Assembly (NCBI GenBank): GCA_040954595.2
Contig: CM082591.2
Span: 7,988,047 to 8,052,046, forward strand
Direction of reading: 5' to 3'
DNA: 64,000 nt
Origin: Balanoglossus misakiensis
Taxonomy: Eukaryota > Animalia > Hemichordata
Below the pieces are notes generated by a model, which was not told where the DNA came from, made no database searches, and worked only from the letters and a program-made list of their open reading frames with translations. Position 1 is the stretch's first letter; the number at the start of each line of letters is the position of its first letter. Positions 46,035 to 60,200 of this stretch are shown piece after piece. A program made the position numbers and the translations under genes.

Positions 46035-46768
46035 GGTGGCATTGCATGAAAAGTTGTGATTTTTGCCAAATTTTACTTTTTTACATAAATCGGTAGGCCT
46101 AATACTGACACACACCCTGACTAATACGTCTTGGCGGAAATGGTGCATAATCACCCCAAAATAGCACTTTTCTGAATGTGTTCACAGCTTAACAAATAGG
46201 TGTCAACAATGCAAATTGCCGTTTTTCTCAGTTTGCATTTTCGCTGCTCTTGACAACTTCAGACGAAAATAGCTTCGCTCTGCGTTGGCCGAATTTGCTC
46301 AAATTTTAACTGGGGATTGTGTATGACCCATCCAACAAAACGGTATTTTTGTTAGTCGATAAAGTGTCCCTGGCGGGAATAAACTCTGATTCAATACAAC
46401 TCGCCGTGAATTTGATCAAATTTTACTAAAAATCTAACTTTCAAACGCTGTTACTCCTCAATGGAAGCAGATAACGCAAAACAAAATTACCGTTTTTTTT
46501 CACGTGTACTCTAGTTTCGAATTACATATTCAGATGCATGATGCATGGTCAACTTTTTTACCTATTTTAAATTTCATGACATAATATCAAAAAATGGGTT
46601 TTTTCACCCAAAATCGCCACCATTTCCGGGGATCAATAATATATGCAACTCAAACAAAAGTTCAAAATCTCAGCTTCCAGAATATATATGGTTTATGGGG
46701 GTTTTAACTTTGTCTTTGATGAGGAATAGGCCTCTGAAAGAGTCTTGACGGTTTCATGCAATGCCACC
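46035..46768. mobile_element. Kolobok-like non-autonomous DNA transposon, B-specific
   Basis: 17-bp TIR ggtggcattgcatgaaa with TTAA TSD; empty site with a single TTAA in A at ~21986. Confidence 0.88.
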
Positions 46769-49173
46769 TTAAATGTTAACTATACTATACGGTACATTGA
46801 CACAATGTCGAACTATAATGGACAGAATAGCTAAACCTTAATCTAAATTCTGTTATCATTACTTAAAGGTGTGTGATCACAATCTATTATTTGGTACCTT
46901 GTTATCTTATCAAATATTTGCAGTGTGCAGACCACAGTTACCAGCAGCATTATGGTATTTGTAAAGTTAAGGTTTGAAATGATCCATCAAAAGTGTTCTT
47001 GGGAGAAATATGTTGAAATGTCAATCATTACTTATTTATCAAAATTGCCCTGCATGCAGTGCATTTAAAATAAGTTTCATTCTTTCATTTTCATGTCTGG
47101 AAGGGAGCATATGTGACAGCATTAAAAAAACTGATAAAAAATAAAGTTGCTTTCATAATTATTATTACCAAGTTTTGGTATTCATAAATCACATATGTGT
47201 AGATTGTTCAGATCTATTAATTCAAATCAATAAAAATCGTAGAGAATTACATGTATTTCTGATGTAATTCTTTTTGAGGGTGTTTATGTGTTTCTGTCAC
47301 ATGGGGAAGGCGACATGGTTGAGGACAGAAAGAATAATAAGACTGTCACAATATATCACCAACTTCAATACAACATACCTCTTAATTTTGTAACAGAGTG
47401 GTTGATTCCTTCACAAGGTAGAACTTCAATCCATGGTTCACTGCCAAAGCTACAGTAGGTTCAATTGTCATAAACAGGAGAAATCCCTGAGTCTGGTTCC
47501 AAGTACCACAGAGCTGCTCAGTACTTGTCACATACCTGTGTTGTAGATGTGATATCAGAGTTTGGAATCTCTTTGCCACCACCCATTTACAACATGTCAC
47601 CTACCAGGGGTATATGTATTCAGTGTATTCAGTTAAAAAAACAAGATAATAAATCATCAGCTCCAGTAGAACATACCTCTCAAAACGGTTGTTGCGGAGT
47701 GGTTGATTCCTTCCCTAGTTAGAACTTATAGCTTCAATCCAGGTACATCTGAAATAAGTTATATTAGTCGCATGTAAATACAAATCCTAGACATTTTTCA
47801 TTTAGGTCTATTTTCAAGTTGACAAAAGTTTAGAGCCTTAATTGTTGAGTTATTCCAATAGAATTCTTCTTGTTGATGTCGGGTTCTGTTAGTTGAAAAT
47901 GAAAGAGGGTGTGGCTCGAGTTTGAGGACTAAAAGAAAAAGACAGAAAATATCACCAAATATTCAATGTGACGTACGTACCTCTTAATGTCGTAACAGAG
48001 TGTTTGATTTCCTCACAAAGTAGAACTCTCCAGGTGAACAACTGAAGCTAAGGTCCCAAAAGTATCAAGAGCGTAAGTGCTCACCAGAGTAAAATGGCAG
48101 ATAAAGTTGCTGATCGATCTACCAAGTGTTGTACACTTGTCATGTGATCTGACTTTAAATACCTGTGTTGTACAAATGTATCACGTACAGTCTGGACTCA
48201 GTCAAAGTTCAATTTCCATCGTCCATTTGGAACATGTCAGCAATTGAAATTCAGTTAACTTTGAAAATGTTTCAATGCAACTTCATTAACTAAAACTTTT
48301 TCAAATGTTTACAATATTCCTTGGTGTCTGAAAATTTGTTATCTTCAGCTCAATTTAACCATTTTTTTTATTCTGTTAAATTTCCCTTTGCTGTTTGTTA
48401 ACAGGACTTTGGTTTAAAGGTTAGATAAGGCCAGTTGCACGTATACCACTGTTAACTTATCACATCAGTCTGGACTCTGTCAAAGTTTAATTGCCATCGC
48501 GTCCATTTAGAACATGTCAGCAATTGAAATTCAGTATTTGAAAATGCAACTTTATCATCTTCTACTCATTTTATCCATTTATTTTTTTCTGTTAAATTTT
48601 CCTTTGCTGTTTAATTGTTAACAGGACAGTTGGCTTAATGAGGTAAAGGTCCGATAAGACCAGTTGCACATATACCACTGTTAACTGATTAAAATTTAGT
48701 CATCCAAATTAACAGCAAATATGGATAATGTGAACAAGTTGTAAAATTTATAATTCAGCAAAAAAATTAAGTAGTAAAGCAAAATTCACTTCTCACAAAC
48801 AGTAATGGCCGCTGATCTATTTCAAACATTAAAGACAGTTTTTGATTGATGGTACTTTGTCAAACACTGAAGCAAGGATGAATGTATACCATTTGATTTT
48901 ATCAGTTGAGATATGCCAGGCTTTGCAGGTATTTTGTTTATTTTGTGATTTCTTCTGTGTTAATGTCATTCTGTCCCCAGAGATAATATCGTAGTTGGTA
49001 AGCAAATGGCCTCTGAGTATTGGACTTGTATATAACCGTACATTTCTAATAAAATGAAATAAATTGTACCTACCAGAGGCAAACATTAGATATTGGCAAA
49101 ACAGGATTAAAGTGGCCCATGTCATTGTAATTGAAACATCTCCAAAAGTGACTATCATTTCATAAATAATGAT

Positions 49174-52100
49174 TTATTTTATCCATTTAAGCACTGTCTC
49201 ATTCACTCCTACTGAAGTCACTAGTTTGTCATTTCTAGTCTTCCAGCTCCCAATCCAAAGCCCCTCTGATTTGCCAACATTGAGACATAGACCTGATATG
49301 TCTCCAAACTTGTGAATAGTGTTAATTGCCTGATTCAGCAAGTTCAACTTTGCCTGGTCGTGTCCAAAATAATTACCTAGACATTTAATTGGGGATTTCT
49401 CCCATTTTAATCCCACTAGTTTGTCATTTCTAGTCTTCCAGCTCCCAATCCATAGCCGCTCTGATTTGCCAACATTGAGACGTAGACCTGATACGTCTCC
49501 AAACTTGTGAATAGTGTTAATTGCCTGATAAATTGACATATCGTTGGCTGCTGATAAAAAGTGTAGCGTCGTCTGCGACCTAAGAAATTTTGACTTCTGC
49601 ATGGTGTGGAAAGTTCACAACATTTGTTTGAATATGTATACCATTAATGCTTGTATTCTGTATTACATGACAAGCCATAATCTCCACGGAAAGAAGAAAA
49701 AGTAATACAGATAGAGGACAGCCTTGACGTACGCCTCTATTCAATTGAAAATTTTCAGAACACCAACTATAGTTGATAATACAACTTTCACATACATTAT
49801 AAATTGACTTGACATATTTTATAAACTGAGGCCCAAACCCAAATTAAGCTAGTGTCACAAAAAGGAAATTCCACTCTAAAGAATCAAAAGCCTCATTTCA
49901 TTTTATTTCATAGTTTATTCGCTAATGTATGTTTAAAAATAAAATACACCAGAAATCTCATTGGCTCGAACTCTAACAATATTAAGACATTTGCAATGTA
50001 AAAACAGGGTCAACAAACACCGATAAAATACAAACACTCACTATAAAAAGTTACGAATATCTGGCTAAAGGGTCCATCCCATTCAATTGACGGACTGCTG
50101 ATGGATAAAAACTTTTCCTATGACGTTCTGATTTTGTTGCAATTGAGCGGTAACGCTTGCCTGATTGCAAAAGTGAAAACTGATGAAAGGCAGGATGAGA
50201 AGAATCGGAGAGTATATACTTTGTTTTCTTGTGCATCCTAGATCTGTATAGGTCATCTAATTGAGGCAGGTTTACACCAGTAATGCGCTCGGCAGAACAT
50301 ATTACTCTGTTTAATAGACGACGGTCTCCAACAGTTGAGCTCCCGTACCAGACAGCAATGGAGACTGTCAACACACTCTCGACAACTGCCCGATAAAATT
50401 TTATCAGGAGATCCCTGCTAAGACCGAAGCCCGCCAGCCTTCGTAAAAAGAACAATCGTCGCTGAGCTTTCTGAACACAATGCTCGACGTGCGCCTGCCA
50501 GGTTAAATCACTAGAGATGTGGATGCCGAGGAATTTAAAGGTGTCAACTATCTCGACATCTGTACCATTGATAGACAAAGGTGTGAGGGGAGTCTTATTC
50601 CTCCGAAAATCGATAATGACCTCTTTTGTCTTGCTTACATTTAATTCTAAGTTATTGGCAGCGCACCACATCTCCAATTCATCAACCTGGCGGCGATAAT
50701 TGATCTCATTTTCGTCAATCAACCCAGCAACAGTTGTATCATCTGCAAATTTAATAGTGAGACAGTTTTCAAACCACGCTATGCAATCGGAAGTCATTAG
50801 AGAATAAAGCAATGGAGACAGGGCACAACCTTGTGGTGCACCTGTATTCAAAACCAGTGTTTTAGAATATCGTGAACCTATTCTGACCATCTGTGGTCGG
50901 CCTGTAAGAAAGTCAAGAATCCAGCTTGAAATGTTGTGGTCCATACCAATGCTTATTAGCTGACTATGCAGCCTGAATGGCAGGATAGTGTTGAACGCTG
51001 AGCTAAAGTCGATGAATAACATGCGAGCATACGTTGGCCTTTTCCTATCAAGATGTGGTAAAATATATTCTAAAGCAAGTGAAACTGCATCTTCAACCGA
51101 ACGTTTTGACTTATAAGCAAACTGATATGGGTCGAATCTGTCTGGAATAAAAGATTTCATGAATCTTGCAACGAGCTTTTCAAAACATTTCATTACGATG
51201 GAGGTTAGAGCAACCGGGCGATAATCATTCATGCTAATTACTGGTGTGCGTTTTGGTACTGGGATTATTGTTGATGTTTTGAAAATGACTGGAACGTGAC
51301 AGGTGCGAAGTGACCAATTGAAAACTTCAGTGAAAATACCACACAACTGTAGGGCACACATTCTAAGCAATCTTGGTGATATATTGTCCGGCTCTGGGGC
51401 CTTACGCATATTTAACTTCAAAAACTCACGTTTCGTATTATTGCATGAGATATATAATGTCCTGTCAGAGTCAATGGGCACAGTTGGTATTTCAGTTGCG
51501 CGATCAAAGCGACTGTAAAACAAGTTCAAATCGTCAGGAAGCGATGGGTCATCTGGGATTCTTGGTTTTGATTTAAAGTTGTAATCAGCGATTTTTTGAA
51601 TACCCTTCCAGAGTTCTCGTGAGTTCGTTGATGAAATGTCACTTTCTAATTTGTTTTGATACAAACGCTTGGCTGACTTTATGCACTTCTTCAGGTCGTA
51701 TTTAGCCTTGACAAAATCACTGCGATTTCCATGATGAAACGCTTCCTGCTTAGCTTTCAGTTTACTCCGCAAAAGACAACATTTTTCATTATTTTCATGA
51801 TTTTATTTTCCAACTTAAATTGGTCCACGTAAATAAGCTTACTGATAGGTATGAACATCTGATTTAGGTCGTATTTGGCCTTGACAAAATCACTGCGATT
51901 TCCATGCCTCAAGAAAGTGTAGTGCTGCAGTTAAATCTTCACTGTCAGCAAAATCAATGATATCTTGTATCAGCCGAACATTTTGTACTATATAACAGCC
52001 TTTTAAATATGCCGTTTGGTCTGAATTAATTATGCGGGGGAGACTAATTTGAAGCCTACGTGCGATTGCAAGTGCTAAAATTTGATAGTCAGTATTCAAA

Positions 52101-53980
52101 AGATTGGTCTCCAGTTGTTTATCAGCTGGTGGTTGTCTTTTTTGTGAAACAGACGACTAGTTGCACTACACTGAGAGGTAGAAAGTGTACCAGCTTGCAA
52201 ACCTTCCACTAGAGAATCATACACAACGGGGACCAACATACTTCCAAAATCTTTTGTAAAACTCAGCAGGCAGTCCATCAGGTCCAGGTGTTTTATTGCA
52301 TTTTAAATTTTCTAACAGCTTTAGTGCACTCATGAAAGGAAATATTCAAATTGCAAATTTGTCTCTCATTGTCATTCAAAATGTTGGGGGTGTCTACTTC
52401 ACTCAAATAGTTATGGACATCGGTGGTGGTGACTTTTGTAGATGTATACAGTGTGCGATAAAATGTATTACAATACTCTAAAATTTGGTCTTTTGAAGTA
52501 ATTATTTGCCCATCATGAGTTAATGAATCAATATTGTTCTGAACATTTCTGTGCCTTTCCAAATTAGAAAATACTTCACTTTTTAAGGTTGCTCTGGCTC
52601 TAACTTGAGCTCCTTCCATCTGGTTGTTGTGTCAAACTTGTATTTCATCTTTTAACATTTTATATTCAGCAATGACATTTGAATCCAGAGTTTCACCCAA
52701 TTTACTTTCTAATGAATGTAGTTTTTGTTCTAACCTTTCAAGTCTACTTTTTTCCCTTTGACGCCAAATCTTGCGTAAAGAAGATACTAGACTGCTTAAT
52801 TCTCTTTTTGGTAATGTCCCAAAGGATTCTGTTGGAAACGCTTTGAGTACAAAACTCAGCTGTTGTGTCGTTGACTACTTTTTGAACACCACTGATGTAG
52901 TCATCATTATCCAGTACTGAAATATTGAGACAAAATTGACCAGGGCCTCGTTCAATAGAACTACACCTGCAAATCAATGATATTGCCTGGTGATCCAAAA
53001 AATAACAAGATTTGATAGATGATTTGAGGACAATACAAACCAGATGTTTTGAAACTAAAAAATAATCAAGACAACATGCAACAAAAGGATGAAGCTGGCG
53101 CCATGTGAACTGCTTGCAATTAGGATGTTGCTGTCTCCATATGTCAACAAGTTTCAAATTATTGCACAAATTATTTTGAATACATGATGCAACGCTTAGC
53201 TCAGATTTTTCCACCTCAAAATTCAAGACTGTGTTAAAGTCTCCACCAACAATTACATTGAAAAGGTCCTGTTCATTCAGCCAACCAACAAGGCTAGTGG
53301 AAAACCTTATTCTTTCTTTAACATTGTTAGGAGAATGTACAATTGTGAATCTTAATATTCATAAATATTTTTCGTCCCTCGTCATCGGATACAACATTTA
53401 TTCAAACTCCTGGTTACGCTTAAAAAAGATTGACACACCTCTGCTGTGGTTTGTACTTGTAAGCAAATGTATGGAAACAACATCCTCTCCACTCCTTGTT
53501 AATCACTTTTGTCAATTCAGGAGTTATATATACGTCTCTTGCAAGAAAGAAATGTCACATTTCTGATGTTTCAGCCATCTACAAAGTTTTGCACATTTTG
53601 ATTTATCTCAAATACCATTTACATTTAAAGAAATTATATTCAAGCTACTCATTAAAGAGCGTGCTCTGTAAATCCTAAATGACAAATATTAAGATATGCA
53701 TGAATAAAGAAGCCACCTTTTGACTTTTTTGCTTTTGAAAGACTTATAATGTTTGCTCTTGGAGTCTTTTCATTATAACTTTCTTTTGGCTTTTGTTGGT
53801 TGCTTGACTTCAAAAAGTTTGAAATCTTCGGCCTGGACTTTTTTCCCTCTACGTTACCTCTCTCAGCATCAATTTGTGTCAAGTTTCAACGGTTTCATTT
53901 TCTCTGACCTTCTCTGTGTTGTCCGTAGTTGCTGGCAATTGGTTCATCATATCAGAACTACATGTGGACATCGAGTCATC
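49174..53980 (-). mobile_element. Decayed Tx1/L1-type LINE, unit B copy
   Basis: Paralog of 27091-31720. Confidence 0.85.
49894..51906 (-). mobile_element. 5'-truncated Rex1/Babar-type LINE, unit B copy (ORF 50051-51772)
   Basis: Translation identical to the A copy over the shared length; complex 5' junction with a ~40-bp direct repeat. Confidence 0.9.
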
Positions 53981-54311
53981 TGACACATAGACCACTTCGC
54001 GGATAGAATAACACAGGGTGTTGTGGGACAGTTTGCGTTCTGAGCGCGTGCGTTAGCCATATATACTAGATGCTATGTTGAACGCAAATTATACCATCAT
54101 GCATTGCAGATACCCTATCCGCGAAGTGGATGGTCTGTGAGCAGTAGACGCGTCCTGGGCCTGCAGGGCAGATTGTACGAAGTGTTGGTGTGCGTCGTCA
54201 ATCACTTGCAGACATTTGGATGTTGGACTCGCCGTCATTGGATGTTCCTGAGTCTGTTTGCAGCTTTGTTTTTTGTTGCGTGTTTACCGCCCGATGGTTA
54301 TGGGGTACTAA

Positions 54312-55071
54312 GGCTGCATTCACAAACACCTCTGGAGGGGGGGGGCGGGAGAATTCAATTTTTTTTACCGGTAATTTTCACATGCCCCCCTTCCGAACTG
54401 CCAATATTTTCAAATCCCTCCCTTCCGAACTGCCAAAATTTTGAAATCCCCCCCCCCCATTTTCTTTCACAGAGCAAAACACATCACCTATCTATCTTGT
54501 AAAAAGAAAAACAGCGCTCCCATGAAAAGAATTTGAAACTGATGTTTCCCCTCATCAGTGGGTATTAAAACTGAACATTGTTTTTATTTTTTAAGTACAT
54601 ATATTTGTATTCTGTGTTGGGGAAATTGTATACCGAGAATTGAAGGGGGTGGGTTTGGGAGGGGGTGTCCCCCTCCCACGTAAGAAAATTTTCTAATATA
54701 AAGAGATCAAAGCTGCATTTTAATGAACCCGGCAAAAGCAAATTAACTCAACTACCGGTATGTTGGGGAGGACAAATTTAACCGTCGCCGCTCAAAGTTA
54801 TCATGGGGTGGGGGGGGGTGCAAGTCCCCTGACCTGGGACACTAGATAAACCAGTCAATGATTGAAAGGTGTTGATGAATGGAGGGGGTGGGTGTGAAAA
54901 TTTAGAAAATTTTGTAAAATAAAGGGCGCGAAACTGCATTTTTGTGGACTCAAAATAAATATTTAGTCGTTAAAGTTTTCAAGTCCCCCCCTTTCAGTCC
55001 CTAAATTATTTCAAATCCCCCCCCCCTCAATTCTCCTGCCCCCCCCTCCAGAGGTGTTTGTGAATGCAGCC
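54312..55071. mobile_element. PIF/Harbinger-like MITE, B-specific at this site
   Basis: TIR ggctgcattcacaaacacctctggagggggg with TAA TSD; absent in A at ~32048. Confidence 0.88.
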
Positions 55072-55541
55072 TAACCGAGACGTGTTGGTTGTATTTTCTT
55101 GTTTGTGGGAACCTGAATTATCTGCACGCCTTTGATCACTTGATCTTAAAAGCGGTTGTCCGTAGAATCATGATCTTGACGTCGACCAGGTGCGGCGAAT
55201 GGAGAGTGGGGGTCATCGTGATACGCTCTAAGCCTTTGCACAGTCTGGCCAAGATGAAAAGCGCGGATTGGATAATCTCACACAAACAATCCTGTTCGTG
55301 GCAGTGGATTATTCGGAGACAGTTCACAATATACAATGTGGTCGCCGTTATAACAGTTTGTCAATTTGCTGTCTTATCTTCTCACGTAGAATTTCGCTGA
55401 GAGTGTCTCGAAGTGCCCCGTCATCGACCGAGTGGGGTAAATCTTTTACCCTTACTCGCGTTGCACCTAATGCACGCATTCTAGCTGTTAATGACAATGG
55501 ATTATGTTCAAGGATCTCGACACACACATTAGAACTACTAA

Positions 55542-55721
55542 CAGTAAAACCTGTCTAAACCGAACCCTGTCTAATCTGGAAACCTGTCTATACCAAACAT
55601 CTTTTCCTGTCCCTTGGACATAGAACCACATGTTGAAAGAACCTCTATAAACCAGACACCTCTGCAATTGAACTTTTTCTTCAGTCCTTTTCTTGGTGTT
55701 CAGTTTAGACAGGTTTTACTG
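55542..55721. mobile_element. Tc1/mariner-like MITE (left-truncated copy at ~32360-32508)
   Basis: TIRs cagtaaaacctgtctaaac / gtttagacaggttttactg followed by TA. Confidence 0.7.
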
Positions 55722-57208
55722 TACCTAGTGCAACACAAAATAATAAACTGAAACATCATGTGACATGAGCCATGATGCATTAGGACGTAATTGGCGGGTA
55801 GGAATAAATTAGTGGTCTACTGTGAACTAACTTAGGGGTGCCATAACATAAATTGTATGATGAAGGGTGCTACATGTCAAAAATGAATGCATAGTTGCAA
55901 ATGTGACTAAAATCTAAAATGGATTGTCGTGAGTTTGGAATTGGGAGACACGAGTTGAAAATGATACGACTTTGAGAGTGGCTAGTTTGCGTGTGTTTGT
56001 TGAAAATGCTGACTGGAGAATTGCAAATGCAGGTACGTACATGTACATGTGTGTTTCCGTGTGAAATGCAAATTTAAAGAGTAGCAAATGTGGGTACATG
56101 TGTTCACAAATGCAACTTCAAAAGTTGCAAATGCAACATCCAGTCAAAGATGTAACATGATTTGAAAATGGGTGTCTGAATTTTGGCCCTGATTTACGCT
56201 CCAAAGGCCTGGTTGCATCATAAGGCTAAATAAAAAATAAATGCGCTGTTGCGATTTCATGGTTTTCAAAATTTTTTTTTTTATATCTTTGGCTGTGTAC
56301 AAGAATGACGCCATAGTTCTTGCGTGATTATCACAATTTACATAAATTTTGTATATTTGACATTGTTATTTTTACTTCAGGTTTACGAAGCTCTAAAAAG
56401 TGTAGGGTCGGCGGCCTAAAATCAGGGTAGGTCGGGTAATCGGAACAGAACATATTTTTTAATTGGCCTAAGTTACTTGACCCTAACAGAAATGTGATAT
56501 CTACCTTCTCTTAGTCAATGACATGGAACTTATCAGATAGGTTGATATTCTGTCATCATTTGTATGTCTGTCCGTCCATCAATAATTGACTTCTCAAAGA
56601 CTGCAGGTCATACAGTTTTGTAATTTTGGTGTAAAGGTTACCATTAGGGTGATCTGTGTCAGATTTGTTCAAATTTTGACAGAATTTGCATATTTGCATA
56701 TTTATGAGGCAAGTTTTGTCTTTTTTGGTGAAAAAATTATCTTCTCTGACACAACCAGATTGATTATTTCAAAGTTTGGTGTGCAAGTTCCTAGGAGTGA
56801 CCTTAATAATTTTTGTTCAAATTGTGGTAAAATGTGCATTTTGAGGGCAATTTTAGCTGTTGGGTAGGACAATCTTCTCAGAAACTGTTTGTCCAATTAC
56901 TGACATTGTCAGATGGGAGCATATATTGCCTTACAATTTGGTATGCAGGTCCAAGGGTTGCTCTAAGAGACAAATGTGATGGAATTTGTAATATTGTATT
57001 TTTACGACAATTTTTTTTTTCAACTTTTGGTTTAAAAAAAAGTCTTGAACATTCCATGTGTGCAATTGTTTTGAACTCTGGTGTGAAGGTCCCTGGTCAA
57101 ATTTCTTGTAATTTTGACAAATTTGTCAATAGTATATTTTAAGTTAAATTTGCCTTTGAACTCTGCTGTTTCAAGTTTGTCCAAGTCTCAAAAGAAGTGT
57201 GCTCTTAA

Positions 57209-60200
57209 TTCAGAAGAATTTTGAAAGTTCACAGTGGAGCAGTATCTGCCACATGGGGTACAGGGTAGGGGGTGGGGGGGTGTCATCGAAGCAAATCCAC
57301 TGACTTCCCCTCCCCAGGCTGGAGAAATGACCAGTCCCTTACAGGGACTAAATCATCCGCAATGTTGCTAGTTTCATGACATCTTCTGTAATGGGTGGTG
57401 TAACATAATTTTTCAGTAAAATTAATCTGTATTGCAATTTATTTATTTATGATGTAATTGTCATGGTCAAGACTGGCTGTAAATTTATGATTCTCACATG
57501 GAAGTAAAAAGAAATGACAAATCAGAAATTGTTTTCTATGTTTTAATTTGGTTTGTATGTAATGAATTTGATTGTCCTTGTCATCATATCTGTGCTGCTG
57601 CTGTTAGATCGATGGATTGTTCTAAGCTGGATAATTCGATTCTCCTCAAAACAACGAGTACAGATCGTCAATGGACGCCATTTTGAAAATCGCACGACTT
57701 CTCAATATTAAAAAGCCGAAAGGTTTGTGGTAAATTCCAAACCGATAATCGAAAAAGGCGCTTGTCAACGGATTTTTACGTTTACTATTTACATGAAAAT
57801 GGCAGCAAGAACTAAAAAAATCGTAAGCATTTTGCAGGTCACTGCGGATAAAATTCCAGTGTCTGTTCAAACAAAAGAATGTAAAGTAATGAACGGTCCT
57901 ATACAACCAAGCTACATATAAATATGTGTCGATATATCAAAATTCGTGTGAATGAATATGAAAAATCACAAAAACGCGACGTTAAAGGATTATCAGTTGT
58001 ATTTCAAATCACGCGTTACAAAAAATCCTCAGTAAATGCCATCTACTAGGCAAACCAGAACGAACAAAAAATTGCTAGAAAATCGAGATTGACTGAAAGG
58101 GACTGTTTAGAATTTAGTTCCATGGTGGGGCCAGAGGATTTTCCTGGTGACTTTTTTACATGCCCCCCCCCCCCTAGTAAATTGTGAAGGAAATCTGTGG
58201 CCCCCCTTAAATTTCCTGGTATTTTTCCATGGCCCCCCATGATTTTTATGTCTGGTTCCCCCCCCCCCCTAATTTTTCTTGGAGAAAGTGGGTGCCCCCC
58301 CCCCTTCTGAAAATCCTCCGCCCCCTGGAAGTAATTCTGAACAGTCCCTTAAAAGTTATTTATCAAAATACACCCAAGTTGAATGTCCAATTCAATATGG
58401 CTGCTTTTGTCGCCATAAAAACAGAAGTCATTTACCTGTAAAATTATTAATCATTGTCTTCAAACGCGTGTGTGAGAATAAAATGAACATGTTGCAGGTC
58501 TGTTCTCAGTCAGTAGAGCCAATTCTCAGGGTTGTAAACAACAAAAAGTAGAAACAAATGTTAGTTTTGTATTTCATACACTTATATTTCCACGAGGGTA
58601 TGTCTACATGTCAACCTGAATTGTCAGCTTCATTGATGAAGAATTGTGTTCATTTGACTTGTGAAGGTACTGTTTATGAATAAATATGAAAATAATTCCA
58701 AATGCTGTTTTGACTTTATGACTAGCACATGGATGTGTTTGAATGAGGCATTTTTGAAAGCCTTTGAATTTTATAACGTGGAAAATCCTGAAGAAAAACA
58801 AAATATCTGGATGGAAACTTGATCTAACCAATGAAGAAATCCTAGAATCTCAGTTGCTCATGCTTTGTGCATGAATGTAAGCATGATTAGCACATGGATG
58901 TGTTTGAATGAGGCATTTTTGAAAGCCTTTGAATTTTATAACATGGAAAATCCTGAAGAAAAAAAAATATCTGGATAGAAACTTGATCTAACCAATGAAG
59001 AAATCCTAGAATCTCAGTTACTCATGCTTTGTGCATGAATGTAAAGCATGATTAGCACATGGATGTGTTTGAATGAGGCATTTTTGAAAGCCTTTGAATT
59101 TTATAACGTGGAAAATCCTGAAGAAGAAAAAAAATATCTGGATGGAAACTTGATCTAACCAATGAAGAAATCCTAGAATCTCAGTTGCTCATGCTTTGTG
59201 CATTAATGTAAAGCATGATTAGCACATGGATGTGTTTGAATGAGGCATTTTTGAAAGCCTTTGAATTTTATAACATGGAAAATCCTGAAGAAGAAAAAAT
59301 ATCTGGATGGAAACTTGATCTAACCAATGATGAAATCATAGAATCTCAGTTGCTCATGCTTTGTGCATGAATGTAAAGCATGATTAACACATGGATGTGT
59401 TTGAATGAGGCATTTTTGAAAGCCTTTGAATTTTATAACATGGAAAATCCTGAAGAAAAAAAATATCTGGATAGAAACTTGATCTAACCAATGAAGAAAT
59501 CCTAGAATCTCAGTTGCTCATGCTTTGTGCATTAATGTAAAGCATGATTAGCACATGGATGTGTTTGAATGAGGCATTTTTGAAAGCCTTTGAATTTTAT
59601 AACATGGAAAATCCTGAAGAAAAAAAATATCTGGATGGAAACTTGATCTAACTAATGAAGAAATCCTAGAATCTCAGTTGCTCATGCTTTGTGCATTAAT
59701 GTAAAGCATGATTAGCACATGGATGTGTTTGAATGAGGCATTTTTGAAAGCCTTTGAATTTTATAACATGGAAAATCCTGAAGAAGAAAAAATATCTGGA
59801 TGGAAACTTGATCTAACTAATGAAGAAATCCTAGAATCTCAGTTGCTCATGCTTTGTGCATTAATGTAAAGCATGATTAGCACATGGATGTGTTTGAATG
59901 AGGCATTTTTGAAAGCCTTTGAATTTTATAACATGGAAAATCCTGAAGAAGAAAAAATATCTGGATGGAAACTTGATCTAACCAATGATGAAATCATAGA
60001 ATCTCAGTTGCTCATGCTTTGTGCATGAATGTAAAGCATGATTAACACATGGATGTGTTTGAATGAGGCATTTTTGAAAGCCTTTGAATTTTATAACATG
60101 GAAAATCCTGAAGAAAAAAAATATCTGGATAGAAACTTGATCTAACCAATGAAGAAATCCTAGAATCTCAGTTACTCATGCTTTGTGCATGAATGTAAAG

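Larger units (their letters stand above)
34051..57208. repeat. Tandem segmental duplication, unit B
   Basis: Collinear paralog of unit A. It lacks the DIRS insertion and several A-specific insertions and has insertions of its own. Confidence 0.95.

Noticed and set aside
50051-51772. Autonomous active LINE or domesticated RT gene
   Set aside because: 5'-truncated with no endonuclease or ORF1 and no real start codon. The open frame is explained by recent insertion.
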